DNA of 64,000 bases from Octopus vulgaris (taxonomy: Eukaryota), in NCBI GenBank assembly GCA_951406725.2, contig OX597817.1, positions 47,244,001 through 47,308,000 on the forward strand, in the 5' to 3' direction. A program made the position numbers and the translations under genes. The notes under the pieces were generated by a model. That model was not told the origin of the DNA. It worked only from the letters and a program-made list of their open reading frames with translations, and made no database searches. Shown in pieces: positions 27,512 to 40,741 of the stretch; position 1 is the first letter of the stretch, and every line of letters starts with the position of its first letter.

Positions 27512-27722
27512 TGTTGTTGTTGTTAAGCAACAAGACAGGTAATGGTGATTAGGTGATGGTCTAGGGCTTAGGGGCGGGAGACCTCAGAACTTGGAAAAAA
27601 AAAACTTTGGTTGTCTTGTTGTAGTCAAGGGCTCTTTGTTGATGCCCAACACTACTGGGAGGTGGCCCTCGAAGTCGCTGGAAATGGAGATCTCCAGGTC
27701 CAAATTCTTGAACAGCTGTTGC
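27512..27722 (-). mobile_element. Unclassified retroposon 3' end with (ACA)n tail, copy 2
   Basis: Inverted near-identical copy of 13357-13562. Confidence 0.7.
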
Positions 27723-28924
27723 TGCTGCTGCTTGGCCTGAATCAGTTCTTACAGAACACATCTAAGACCACATTACTGAACAAATATTTCGCATTTTAAG
27801 ACAGTAGGGTGTGATCTGAGGAAGATCTGTGTTCTATTTCTAGCAGGATGACTAGCCACGTCAAAGCAAATTTGTTGGCTCATCAGGGTTTGTTGTTAAC
27901 TTTGAACCGATGGCTCCTGTGACCCCTTCATTCAGCACCTTAAATTCATAAGCACCATGCTTTGTAGTTCCGTTAATAAATCTTTAATTATAACGACTTG
28001 TAAATTATATTCGAATTATTCGTCTAATAGCTTTCATTGTTTCTTTTCGCTTTTATCAAACAAAACCAATTTGGTATACGGAAAGGTGGATTAGCAGAAG
28101 GTGATCTCAATAGAGAAAAGAGTAAAGCAAGCAGAAATACGAAATGTGAACAACAATAGGAGACGATCACGTAAACCTGAAATAACTTGGTCGAACATTA
28201 AACGAGAATAACAAAAATAAACAGATAGATAAATAAATAAATGAATGAAGGAATAAATAAATAAAAGCAGTAAGCTAAGAACTAAAAGGAAAAGAGTGAC
28301 AATGGTGTTAAAGCGCAAAGCTGGGATCATAATGGTTTGCACCTTCCAAACAACTACAAATAAGACCTTGCAAGTGCAATAATAACCACAACCATCAGAT
28401 CTACCAACACCACTGTCGTAACAACAACAACTACAACAACTGCATTGTTTTTGGGGTTTTTTTTTTGCTTTTTGTTGTTTTTCATTTTTATTTTCCAGTT
28501 GCTTGGTGATGGAATCACTAAAACCATTGGAGAACAAAGACTGTTTGCAGAACAAAGATACAGAGAAAAATGAAGAATGTTCAGAAGAGAAACAAAATAA
28601 ATAGAAATGGAATATTGTGACATAAATTTCAATTGAGAACACATTACAGGACTATTGTTATTATTATTATTGTTATTATTATTTTTGTTGTTGTTGTTGT
28701 CAGCTTGCAGAATCATTAGCATGCTGGTTGAAATGCTTAGCAGCATTTTGCCCATCACTATGTCCTGTGTTCAAATTCTGCCGAAGTTGGCTTTGCCTTT
28801 CATCTTTTCAGGGTCAAAAAATTAAATACCAGTAAAACACTGGGGTCAACCGTAATCAACTAATTCCTTCCCCTCAAATTTCAGGCCTTGTGCCTTTGTG
28901 TAGAAAGGGCTATTATTGTTATTG

Positions 28925-28926
28925 CA

Positions 28927-28962
<36 letters not shown>

Positions 28963-28965
28963 GCA

Positions 28966-29057
<92 letters not shown>

Positions 29058-29075
29058 AACTGCTACTACTACTGG
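28925..29075. repeat. (TAC)n/(TGC)n microsatellite
   Basis: Directly visible. Confidence 0.95.
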
Positions 29076-29589
29076 TGCTGTCAGTGCTGTAGGCAGTGAG
29101 CTGGCAGAATCTTTAGCATGCCAAACAAAATGCTTCGCAGCATTTCATCGATCTGTATGTCCTGAGTTCAAATTCCACCAAGGATGACTTTATCTTTCAT
29201 TCTTTCAGGATCGATAAAATTGAGTGAGTGCGATTACGATGGTGTGTTACTAAACTCTCTGGTCTGAGTTTGGGTGAGCAAGTGTCATGTCAATAGTGTC
29301 AAGGTACAATTTTTTTCAGCAAGATTTTCAACCTTATTGCAAGCTTCACCAGTTCTTCCTCCCAACTTCTTCAGATTCTAGACGTTGTGACAAAGAAAAT
29401 GATACACTAACCTCGAAAATGGCTGGTGTGATGCTTACGGTACTCTGTTACTAAACACCTCATTTCTAATAGGTCAAGGGACCACACTGAGGCCTCCTAT
29501 TCCCAAGTCATTCTCAATAAATAGGCTTGTGTTCAAAGACACTCTAGCCATGACCACTCTGTCTCTTCTTCCTAGGACTACATTATTAA

Positions 29590-30119
29590 CCCTTTTGTTA
29601 CCATATTTCTATGGAAATATGCTGACTTTGCTTCAGTTAATTTTCATAATAATGAGGAACTTTGTAAAATAAATCTCTCATTATTAAGCTGTTGTTTGGA
29701 TCTTCATCATCATCACCATCGTCGTTTAACGTCCGCTTTTCATGCTAGCATGCGTTGGACGATTTTGACTGATGGCTGGCGAACCAGATGGCTGCACCAG
29801 GCTTCAATCTTGATCTGGCAGAGTTTCTACAGCTGGATGCCCTTCCTAACGCCAACCACTCCGAGAGTGTAGTGGGTGCTTTTACGAACCACTGGCACGG
29901 GGCCAATCAGGTGATACTGGCAACGACCTCACTCAAATCTTTTTACACATGCCACCAGTACAGGTGCCAGTAAGTTGATGCTGGTAAGGATCACGCTTGA
30001 ATGGTGCCTTAAATATACATTTGGATCTTAAATTTATGGAAGGTTTTAATTTAAACAACTTGAAAATAGGAAATGTGTATCATACAGAGGCAGTCTTAGG
30101 CAGGTTGGTAAGAAAAGAA
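29590..30119. mobile_element. piggyBac-type MITE split by an RTE 3'-UTR insertion (29705-30019, minus strand)
   Basis: ttaa|cccttttgttacc at the left, degenerate ggtaagaaaaga at the right. The insertion is flanked by the 10-bp duplication tttggatctt (29695-29704 and 30020-30029). Confidence 0.75.
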
Positions 30120-30272
30120 TTAGATGTGTTTTTACATTCTTAAAGAACAGAATGTTACCTGAGGGAGAGTGGTTGCTAATTCTAGCAAGTCAAATAATTG
30201 CACAAACCACAAACACTCCCTCATTGGTTATTCCTAACATATTTTATATGAGGCAAACATGACAGCAATATA

Positions 30273-30837
30273 TTGGGTTGTCCGAAAAGATCTTGCCGAT
30301 TTATAGTAGCTTACCATTCGACTTATTTTAGAACATGGTTGAGTGCATAAAATAGGATTTGACTACATCTCCATTTAGAGCACAGTTTAAGCTATCTTTA
30401 CGTGGAAGAAGATTTATGTTCCTATAACCTGTGTTAATTCTGTAACCCTAGAAATAGAAGATAAGAAAGTTCTTTTTCGGCACTTGATGCTTTGGGAACC
30501 AGATAAAAATTGCTGCAGCTTGGCTGGGATTTGTTACCCCACCCTCCATATTCACCAGATATTGCTCCTTCGGATTTCCACTTATTCAGGTCTCTGCAGA
30601 ATAGTCTTAATGGTAAAAATTTCAATTCCTTGGATGACGTAAAAAGATACCTTGATGAATTCTTTGCCATGAAACCACCACAATTCTGGGGAGAGGGTAT
30701 TTTCAAGTCAAAGAAAAGATGGAGACGAATTGTGCAACAAAATGGTTCATATTTGGTTGAATAAAAATATAATGGCAAGTATTTATCGACCTTTTCCTTT
30801 CCTTAAAAAATCGGCACGAACTTTCCGGACAACCCAA
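30273..30837 (+). mobile_element. Internally deleted mariner element with both TIRs and TA target-site duplications
   Basis: TIRs ta|ttgggttgtccgaaaagatcttgccgattt and aaatcggcacgaactttccggacaacccaa|ta. N-terminal EDKKVLFRHLMLW is fused to C-terminal LGWDLLPHPPYSPDIAPSDFHLFRSLQ (30510-30764). Confidence 0.95.
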
Positions 30838-32934
30838 TAAATTGCCTTTAAACAGCCATAGCAATGTTTGAACTCATAAATTTGAGACAAGGAGTTGGGT
30901 ACCTTAAATTCAAACTCTAAATATTTTTTTTTAATTTCAGAAGAGAAAAGAACTTTTCAAACTTTGAACAAACTAAAATGGTTTGCAGCCAGTTGTTTCA
31001 CACCTCTGGTGCTGATAAAATAATTACAAAGAAACGGTATGAAGTGAAATGCTCAGGAATAGATAGAAAAATTAATATTAATTCGATTAGAATTTAAATG
31101 AAACAAAATTGAATTTAAACAAACTATGGTCAGAACTTGAAATTTCTAATCAGGTGTGACATTGTTCTGTAAAACAGTGTAAATACAAGAGCTGCAGGCC
31201 TGAAAATAACACAGTCTGCATACATAGCAGCAGAAACCATTTTCGGTCAGGAAGTGGGGGGGGGGGGAGGGACAAAAAAAACAAAAGATAGAGAAAAAAA
31301 AAAGGAGAATTTTTTTATCTTGGCTGATCAAATTTAAAGAATTAAAGCAAGGTGTATAAGATGACTGATGATAGCAATGATAGCTGTAATGGCAAGTAAA
31401 GTGACAATGATAACGATTATGATGATAATAATTATAACGAAGGTAATGGTGATACCAACAGAGAGAGGTTTTAATGTCAGAGATAAAGGAAAAGATTACA
31501 GTGGTGATGATGATGATGATGTTTTATTTTCTTCAGTAATACAAGGTGACAAATTTCTAATGCATAATCTCATTCTATCCCTATCTCTTGCCTTGCCCCA
31601 ATCATCCAGTTTCTCCCATCGTACTCATGTTCCTTTCATCTGCTCGTTCTGGGTTTTTTTTTCACTTCTGTTGTCATTCTCTATTTCGTTCACCTTCGTG
31701 GTTATGTCCAGCTGAGCAGAGAAACGCACTGTAAAGGAGCAAGGAAATTCTTTGATCTTATGAAGTGCAAGGCAACCTTAGTAGTGCTGGTGTCGCTATA
31801 AAGTGAACCAAGTACTTTGCAACCCTTCTTTCTCTCTGCCAACTTGCTGACCAAGTGGTCAGCAAGTACGCCAATACAAGGTCAGGTTGAGAAGATCCTT
31901 CAGTCATGTTAAAGGCATGATAACCTTTCTGGATTTAATACTATAATAAAATGCACTATGATGGGCCTCTTGCCTTAAAAACTCAGCAAAAAGTGAAATG
32001 CAAGAACATAGGTGCAGGCGTGGCTGTGTGGTAAGAAGCTTGCTTCCCAACCACATGGTTCTGGGTTCAGTCCCACTGTGTGGCACCTTGGGCATGTGTC
32101 TTCTGCTATAGCCTTGGGACAACGAAAGCCTTGTGAGTGGATCTGGTTGAGAGAAATTGAAAGTAGCCCATCATATATATATATATATATATATGTTTGT
32201 GTGCCTGTGTTTGACCCCTGCCCCATCATCACTCACATCACCGTAACTTAGCGGTTCAGCAAAAGAGACAGATGGAATAAGTACTTATATATATATATGT
32301 AAGAGATGAGGAATGATGTACATTATTTACATTTGACGGATATTTGTCCTCATCTTGTTTGTTTCAAATTTTGACCAAAAATTTTGGAGGGAGTAAATTG
32401 CTTAAATCAACCCCAGTGTTCAACTGGTACTTCTTTTATCAACCCTGGGAGGAAGAAAGACAAAGTTGGCCTCTGAGAATGCAGAGGTAGACAAAATACT
32501 ACTAACCATTTTGCCCAGTGAGCTAACAATTCTGTCAACACATTGCCTTAATTGAGATTATGAATATTATCCAACTGTCTTGTTCTTGTAACATTCTAGT
32601 CAAGCATCTGTAGAATCGGAACTGTAACCTCTCAATGCGAAGAACTAGCAGCTCAATCTGGAAAGACTCCTTGGCATCTGAGCTATGCACCCTGTGAGTA
32701 ACATTATTCCAGAAGTCCTTCAGCGGAACCCCATTTTAGTCATATGTTTTTTGCCATTGAACACTTTAGGTCATAACATTCATAGCAATCAGTGACGATA
32801 GGCACAAACATTGAGCTGAAGATAGAAAGTTTGGCAAATATCAGCTGAAGTCATGCAGGTTAACAAGGGATGTGTTTAGATCTTAGGTGGGGAGGGGGCA
32901 ATCCCAAAAATATATTGCAGTTTCCACCCAATGC

Positions 32935-33285
32935 CAGTAAAGAGGCACAGACCCCCTTCAGTCATGAATGACCATGGGATTGGATCTAGAAACTTCCCCT
33001 CCAAGGCACAAGTCCAGGCAAGGTTGTTTATGGAAGGCCAGCAGTCACCCATACATACCAGTTTCCCCCTCTTCATGCCACCAGTGTTATCCAAGGGAAA
33101 GGCAAAGACTGATACAGCTTGGCACCAGTGATGTCGCAACTCATTTCTACAGCTGAGTGAACTGGGGTAAAGTGAAATAAAGTGTCTTGCTCAAGAACAC
33201 AACAAACAGCCCGGTCCAGAAATTGAACTCACTACTGCATGATCGTGAACCTGGCAATCTAACCACTGAGCCATGTGCCTTCACT
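32935..33285 (-). mobile_element. tRNA-derived SINE with gtgttcttgagcaagacactttatttcac central domain (family 3)
   Basis: Head gtgaaggcacatggctcagtggttag..gagttcaatt on the minus strand. Related copies at about 20985-21245 (+), 25270-25555 (-) and 58272-58597 (+). Confidence 0.75.
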
Positions 33286-33799
33286 CCAATGCCAGTACAA
33301 CCAACAACAGAATGGTGCGTATTACATGCCACCTGAGTTCAAATTCAGCTGGGGTCAACTTTACCTTTCCCTCCTTTTACAGTCGATAAAATAAGTACCA
33401 GCTGCACATAGGGGTCAATGATATCAACTAAACACGCTGTCTGTCTGCCAAAATTTGAAACAATATATCTATTGCTTTCCTCCTTCTATACTTTTATACT
33501 TTGCTTGCTGTAGTCTGTGATATTTTTCTGTTAGAGTATTTGTGCAATACAGTGCAAAGAAGAATTAATGGCAAAATACAAAACAGTATAAAAATACATT
33601 TAAAACCATTCAAAACATTTTCTTTTAACATTATAAATCATTACTGACAAATCTTCAGATTTTTTAGCATTTTATATTTCCTTCCTTTTTCTGTTTTTTT
33701 TTTTTGTTTTTTTTTTTTCTCACTTTTACATGTTAGTAAAACTCAAGTCAAAAGTTCAACACATTTTTCTAACTTTTCCATTTCATCATATCGACTTAC

Positions 33800-33883
33800 C
33801 AGTTACGTGGCGTAGTTTCTTCAGATTATAACCACCGATACCAAGGAATTTATTCCGGTTTGCAATTGGCACTTCCAATTTTT
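33800..33883 (-). CDS. PNPT1: PNPT1 internal coding exon (KH domain, N-terminal half), 84 nt, phase 1/1
   Basis: Minus strand: acceptor tttgtaaattctttcag|, donor |GTAAGTC. Translates (E)[27 protein letters not shown](G), matching my recollection of human PNPT1 [29 protein letters not shown], including the KH GxxG loop. Confidence 0.95.
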
Positions 33884-34099
33884 CTGAAAGAATTTACAAA
33901 AAAAAAAAAAAAACAGAAATTGATAAATATGTATACTGATGACTGTTTTGAAACACAGAAGTAATTTCTAAAAGTATCCTTAAATATAGGAACCCCAAGT
34001 GAAGGAAAGGGGCAAACAGCTTCAAAGTTCTTAAAACTAGTTTGGTCATATAGCCATAATTACAAAAACCATACCAAGTTATATTTCCATGCATGCATA

Positions 34100-34668
34100 G
34101 GCTTTTGCCAGTTCCACCTGACTGGCTCCCCATGCTGGTGGCACATAAAAAGCATCATTCAAATGTGGTTGATGCCAGCCTCCCCCCAAAAAAACTGGCT
34201 CTTGTGCCGGTGGCACGTAAAACGCACCATCTCAACATGGTCGATGCCAGTGTCACCTGACTGGCTCCCCATGCCGGTGGCATTCAAAAAGCACCATTCA
34301 AATGTGGTCGATACCAGCCCCCCCCCCTCAAACTTGCTCCTGTGCCAGTGGCATATAAAGAGTACCATCCAAACGTGGTCGATGCCACCCTATGCCAACT
34401 GGCTCCTGTACTGGTGGCATGTAAAAAGCACCATCTGAACATGGTTGATGCCAGTGCTGCCTGACTGGCTCCCATGCTGGTGACATGTAAAAAGCACCCA
34501 CTACACTCTTGGAATGGTTGGCTTTAGGAAGGGCATCCAGCTGTAGAAACCTTGCCAGATCAGATTGGAGCCTAGTGCAGCCTCCTGACTTGCCAGTCCC
34601 CAGTCAAACAGTTCAACTCATGCCAGCATGGAAAACGAATGTTAAACGATGATGACGATGATGATGAT
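34100..34668 (+). mobile_element. RTE LINE 3' UTR with about six internal tandem units of about 62 bp
   Basis: Repeated aaaagcaccat..gtggtcgatgcca..ctggctcc..gccggtggca; ends in catgccagcatggaaaacgaatgttaaacgat(gat)n. Same family as 62293-62997. Confidence 0.85.
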
Positions 34669-34919
34669 TAAGAGAGAGCGAGCAGTTGGAAAATAGGTAG
34701 TTAACAGCTCAGTGTCTTTACTGCAACTAACTTCACTTTTACTTTTGAACACACCTCAGATTTGGGCAGAAGTTGACGTTTGAAACTTTCGCAATGCTAA
34801 CCTTAACGGATCAGCATCTGTTTCAAACAACTAACTCATGCTACAGTGAAAACAATAACTTTAAGTCTTACTATAAAACTAAACTTGCCATCTTCAATTT
34901 GGGGTCTGTGCCTATCCAT

Positions 34920-35315
34920 ACCTATTTCTTAACTACCCACAAGGGGCTAAACACAGAGGGAACAAACAAGGACAGACAAACAGATTAAGTTGATTATATC
35001 AACCCCAGTGCGTAACTGGTACAAAAGGAAGAAAGGTAAATTCAACCTCAACAGAATTTGAACTCAGAACGTAACGGCAGACGAAATACCTATTTCTTTA
35101 TTACCCACAAGGGGCTAAACACAGAGGGGACAAACAAGGACAGACATATGTATTAAGTCGATTACATCGACCCCAGTGTGTAACTGGTACTTAATTTATC
35201 AACCCCGAAAGGATGAAAGGCAAAGTCGACCTCAGCGGAATTTGAACTCACAACGTAACGCAGACGAAATACCGCTAAGCATTTCGCCCGGCGTGCTAAT
35301 GATTCTGCCAGCCTA
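34920..35315 (-). mobile_element. Family-2 SINE with duplicated 3' module
   Basis: Two tandem ctatttcttta..cccacaaggggctaaacacagaggg modules and a conserved gaaaggatgaaaggcaaagtcgac domain. Other copies at about 7095-7285, 17385-17520, 23636-23852, 26880-27098, 28700-28912, 44300-44530 and 45630-46035. Confidence 0.85.
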
Positions 35316-35349
35316 TCCTTACTGGTAGCAATGAATGTTGAATAATGAT

Positions 35350-35690
35350 CACAAGAGTACAGTTCCAAGTACAAGCAACCAAAATGAGGTTCCTTTGAAG
35401 GATCTCTGGACTAATGTTACTCGATAGAATACATAAATCATAATCTAGAGAGTCTCTCCAGATCAAGCCAAAACTTCTTTGCATTGAGCAGTAGCAGTAC
35501 CATGGACATGAGGTTGGAATATTGCAGGAAAGAAAGAATTACAAGATGGGTTCTTTAAGCTAAGCCAACCGTGTAGAAGCAGACCAAGAATAAGACAGTA
35601 CGGTGATATCCATAGTCTTAGCTGGTCAAATGTGGAAATCCAGCCAGAAAATGTAATGTTGGTTGCTTCTGATAAAATCTTATGGAGGGG
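35350..35690 (+). mobile_element. Decayed RTE LINE ORF2 C-terminus
   Basis: QVQATKMRFL*RISGLMLLDRI..RESLQIKPKLLCIE resembles RTE QAAEMRFLRRIxGxTLxDRxR. Confidence 0.75.
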
Positions 35691-35953
35691 GTTTCTAAGG
35701 GTTCGAACAACACAACCCTCCCAGGAATAGTATGGGAGGGGGGACGGATATATCGATGGAATTTAAGATGGAAAGAAATTATATAATGTGTGAATCTACT
35801 GATATTAACAGAAACTGAACTTACAATCTCTGGATTAGTACAGTAGTTGCTTATAACCAGTACTCTTGTTAATACATTTTGACTATTAAATAAAGATCCC
35901 TAACAGCTAGAGATAAAGATGCCTAACAGCTAGAGATAAAGATACCTAACTCC

Positions 35954-36336
35954 TAGGCATAGGAGTGGTTGTGTGGTAAGTAGCTTGCTAACCAACCACA
36001 TGGTTCCGGGTTCAGTCCCACTGCATGGCACCTTGGGCAAGTGTCTTCTACTATAGCCACGGGCCGACCAAAGCCTTGTGAGTAGATTTGGTAGACAGAA
36101 ACTGAAAGAAGTCCATCGTATATATGTATGTGTGTATGTATTTGTCCCCCTAACATCGCTTGACAACCGATGCTGGTGTGTTTACGTACCCGTAACTTAG
36201 CGGTTCGGCAAAAGAGACCGATAGAATAAGTACTAGGCTTACAAAGAATGCGTCCTGGGGGCGATTTGCTTGACTAAAGGCGGTGCTCCATCATGGCCAC
36301 AGTCACATGACTGAAACAAGTAAAAGAGTAAAAGAG
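35954..36336 (+). mobile_element. Full-length family-1 CORE-type SINE, preceded by a 23-bp tandem triplication (35891-35950)
   Basis: Complete head, CORE-like box and (gtaaaaga)n tail. Confidence 0.9.
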
Positions 36337-37007
36337 CTGTGCGTGCTAGTTGAAGCACAGAGACTACGCAGGTGTTTTTGCTTTATATGAAACCAACAAT
36401 AGTGATGCGAGACTCCCCCACCACTCATGTCACTGCTAGCAGTAATGTCACAACTCTTCAGCAACATTTGGCAAAAATTAGATATTTTCTGTACTTTAAA
36501 ACTGTGAGAATCTGAAACAATTCTTCTGCCAGGAACTAAAACTCATAAAGGAAAACTACAAGTCAGGAAGAGGAGAAAATATTAAATGTGTTTGTTAATT
36601 GCTCTCGGTTTGAGAAACGGTGATCGTTGCCAAGACATTTGACCAAAGAAATACTATTGCAATAGCCATCAATATAATAGAGAACATTTGCCAAACAGGG
36701 AGAAAGAATACAAAGGAGGCGGAGAGAAACATTTCTAGACAACGGCTTACAGAACTGACTAGTTAAGTTACATTGTGTAAGTGATTATTCACAGTAAAAC
36801 TTCACAACACAAAACTTAGAAATAGGTTAACAACAATAGAAAAAAAGAAGAGGATACAAATAATGCGGACAATACCCTTTCAATAAGTATTTATTTCTTG
36901 TGTAAGAAACACTGATGTTATTTAATAGCAGCGTTCATAGAAAAACAAAAAAGGAAAAAGAAATTACAGGAATTGTAATATTTTTCTTCTCAATGTCAAT
37001 AAGAGAA

Positions 37008-37725
37008 TTAAGGCAGCAATCTGGCAGCATCGTTAGCATGCCAGGCAAAATGCTCAGAGGTATTTCATCCGTCTGAGTTCAAATTCTGCCAATGATGACT
37101 CTGCCTCTTATCCTTTCAGGATTAATAATGTAAGTACCAGTCAAGCACTAAGGGTTGATGGAATTGACTTACACCCACCACAAAAAAAATCTGGTCTTGT
37201 ACCAAAATTCGAAATCAGTATTCTTTTCTACTCTAGGCACAAGGCCCGAAATTTTGGGAGAGGGGGGCCAGTTGATTAGATTGACCCAGTATGCAACTGG
37301 TACTAAATTTATCGACCCCAAAAGGATGAAAGGTAAAGTCGACCTTGGTGGAATTTTAACTCAGAAGGTAAAGACAGACGAAACACCGCTAAGCATTTCA
37401 CCCGGTGTGCTAACGCTTCTGCCAGCTTGCTGCCTTATATTCCTTTCTACTCTAGGCTCAAAGCCCGAAATTTGAAGAGAGGGAGCCAGTTGATTAGATC
37501 GACCTCAGTATGCAGCAGGTACTGAATTTATCAAACCCAAAAGGATGAAAGGCAAAGCTGACCTCAGCAGAATTTGAGCTCAGAACGTAAAGACAGAGGA
37601 AATACCTCTAAGCATTTCGCCCGACATGCTAATGTTTCTGCCAGCTCGCTGCCTTCTTTGAAATCAATATTAAGAGAATTAAGGGAGCAAGCTGGCCAAA
37701 TCGATAGCATGCCAAGTAAAATGTG
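37008..37725. mobile_element. Cluster of four family-2 SINE copies (+, -, -, + fragment)
   Basis: 37008-37220 (+), 37220-37437 (-), 37438-37655 (-), 37680-37725 (+). Confidence 0.8.
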
Positions 37726-38264
37726 GCTGTGGTAAGTAGCTTGCCAAAACAGAAATGGAGCCTGAACAGCCCTTCAGCTGGTCAGCTCGTGTCAAACCCC
37801 CTAACTCATGCCAGCAGGGAAAATGGACATTTGATGATGATGATGATGATGATGATGATATAACTGTTCACACATTTTTTTAGCATTGATTATCTCCCTT
37901 TTTTATTTGCTCCAGTTTTCACTCTTTCTTACTTCTGATGAAGGACTAATGCCTGAAATATTAAAACCTTATTTCTTAAACTTTGTTCCTTTTCTGTTGG
38001 CCTTTGTATTGTTCTGCTACCATAGAGATCTCGCAGACAGTAACACTCTTTTTTTTATTTATTTATTTGTTTGTTTGCATGTATGTATGTTTGTATGTAT
38101 GTATGTATGTATATATGTATGCATGTATGTATGTATATATGTATGCATGTATGTATGTATACTATAAATACAATAATAAAAACACACAATTGTATACACG
38201 CACACATGCACGCACACACACACACATCAACATGGAAAATGGACAATGAGGGATGAGGGTGACG

Positions 38265-38307
<43 letters not shown>

Positions 38308-40114
38308 GTCTATATGTGTGTGTGCATGTATAATTTGGTTTTGGTTTTAATTCTCTATTCTCTTTGTTGGCATATACACACACACACACACACACACACG
38401 TACACGTAACAACAAAGAGAATTAAAACTAAATTACAAGTTCACCTTTTCTAAGGAGTTCAAGAAAAACGTGCGTAAGAATCCACATTTGCAGGAACATA
38501 TGCACTCTGCACTGTTTGGCATCATAACGCAATAAATGCAAACACATTCTGGCTTTCTCTTTATGATCTCAAATCTTCTTACTGACAATATTAACAAAAT
38601 AGGTCAGAAACTTTAATCGATAGCACATATATATATATGTATATATATATATGTTTAATATACAGATATGTAGATTCAGCATTCTGAAATTTCATCAGAT
38701 ATTTTCATTTCTTTTCTTTTCAGTCATCTCCCATAGCTCTTTCAATCATGAAACATGAAAAATAGTAGTATGAAGTCAACATTGAAACATAATTATCTCA
38801 GAACAACAAAGTGGATAAGAGAAAAAGAGAGAGAGAAAGAGAGACACATACATACACAGAGACAAACAGACAGACAAAGAGACAGACAGAGATAGCTAAC
38901 TTTCAGATTCTTCAGAAATTGATTGGAGCCAATATTCTACATATTAAACTGCAAATTATTGATTTATCTTTCAATAATTTCTAAGATACCATCAATCATA
39001 TTAAACTATATATGTAAGTGTATATAAGCTAATATGAAAGAGTGAGAATGAGTGCTCAACACCGCATTGGTGGATAAATGTTCTTTATTTGTGGTTTAAC
39101 GAGTGACTTGTTTCAGTCATTGGTCCGCAACCATACTAGGTCACTATGTGGCAGGCTTGATAATTGCTGAGAATTCTTGGCATGAAACCAGTGGTATCCT
39201 TGTTGACCCACAAATAAAGAATACGTGTATATATAAATATATATATATATGTGTATGAAAGGCATCCAACTGTGGAAACCATGCCAGAACAGATAATGGA
39301 GCTTAGTGCAGTCCTCTGGCTTACCAGCTCCTGACAAACCAACTAACCCACCCATGCCAGCATGGCAGAGACATACGATGACGATGATTATGATAATGAT
39401 GATAATGATCTGCATATACACTAATACTATAGTTTTCTTCATATGTGGATTTGGTGGTGTGGTTTTGACTTTATTAGTTGATTCCTCTCCTTCTCTCTCT
39501 CTCAACTCTTTCATCACTACAGGCAGCCATGTTCCCTTCTAATGCAAGACTCCTTTTCTCTGTCCCTAAGCACTACCCTCCCCTAATTACTTGGTGACCT
39601 GACCAGTACCGGTGCCACATAAAAAGTACCCAGTACACTTTCTAAAGTGGTTGGCATTAAGGAGGGCATCCAGCTGTAGCTGAAACCATACCAAAGCAAA
39701 CACCAAGGACTGATGCAGTACTCTGACTTGCCACTTCCTATCAAACTGTCCAACCCATGCCAGCATGGAAAACAGACATCAATGTCCCAAAAACTGTTGA
39801 ATCCTCTATAAATGAATCCCATTCAGCTGAGTTTAACATCTGATTAGGAGCTAGGAGTTGGTATTCAGCCATTTAGTTAATACTCATTAGAAAACACAAA
39901 AGCACGCAGTTCCTTCCAATAAATTCTGTTTGTTCGTCAATATCACCTGTGTTACTAATGAACAAAACTAAGGGCAGCTATTAGAACAAATGATGTACCT
40001 TGAATGCTAAAGTCAATAAGCTGATTCAGACAATACTTCTAAAACCAAGTTAAAACTGGATATCATAGTTAACAGGTCTCTTCTTTCTCCTTTTCTATAA
40101 TTATCATCATCAAT

Positions 40115-40692
40115 ATTATTATTATTATTATTATTATTATTGAGTGAGAGAGCAGCACATGCCATCAAAGTGACACTGGGGTAAAATATATGAAGCCCAG
40201 TATACCCATCATGACTACGCATCTGATAAGGGTACACCAGGCACATGCATCACAACCATATGTGTGCAACATAGTGATCTCATATCAAGATAAACAGCAC
40301 ATGACCTTGCAGGTGGGGCCCAGTTAGCATTTTCTTTCGGTCGAGTAACCCATCCTGCTCAAAAGGTCCCTGAATAAGGATTGTTTAAGGATGTTGAACG
40401 AGCCACCCATGTTTCCAAAGATGAATTAATTATTCAAACCCCAAAGAATCCCTCTCAACACATGTCTATGATGCTCCCCCAATACTTCTGCTCGTGATCA
40501 GAGATGCACATATTGTCAGCCACTAAGGGACATGCTCAACTGGTTATGGTCAAACAACTGACAAGCAAATCTGTGGTATTGAGCAGAATATTTGCTGTAG
40601 CCCATCTTTTATACCAAGACAAAACAATGTATATGATAACACTTCCAATCACTTATGATCAGCATACATGAGAGAGCCAGTCTGGTACTGCA
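40115..40692 (-). mobile_element. Non-coding retroposon 3' region with (TAA)n tail
   Basis: (att)n tract at its left end; an internal segment (attgagcagaatatttgctgtagcccatcttttatac) recurs at about 62184-62235. Confidence 0.55.
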
Positions 40693-40701
40693 ATATTATT
40701 A

Positions 40702-40741
<40 letters not shown>

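Larger units (their letters stand above)
26820..33799 (-). other. PNPT1: PNPT1 intron (6,980 bp, GT-AG, phase 1)
   Basis: Bounded by the canonical donor and acceptor of the two in-frame exons. Confidence 0.9.

Noticed and set aside
39999-40082. 84-nt AG/GT-bounded segment as the upstream PNPT1 exon
   Set aside because: It has an in-frame stop in the required phase and a purine-rich acceptor context.
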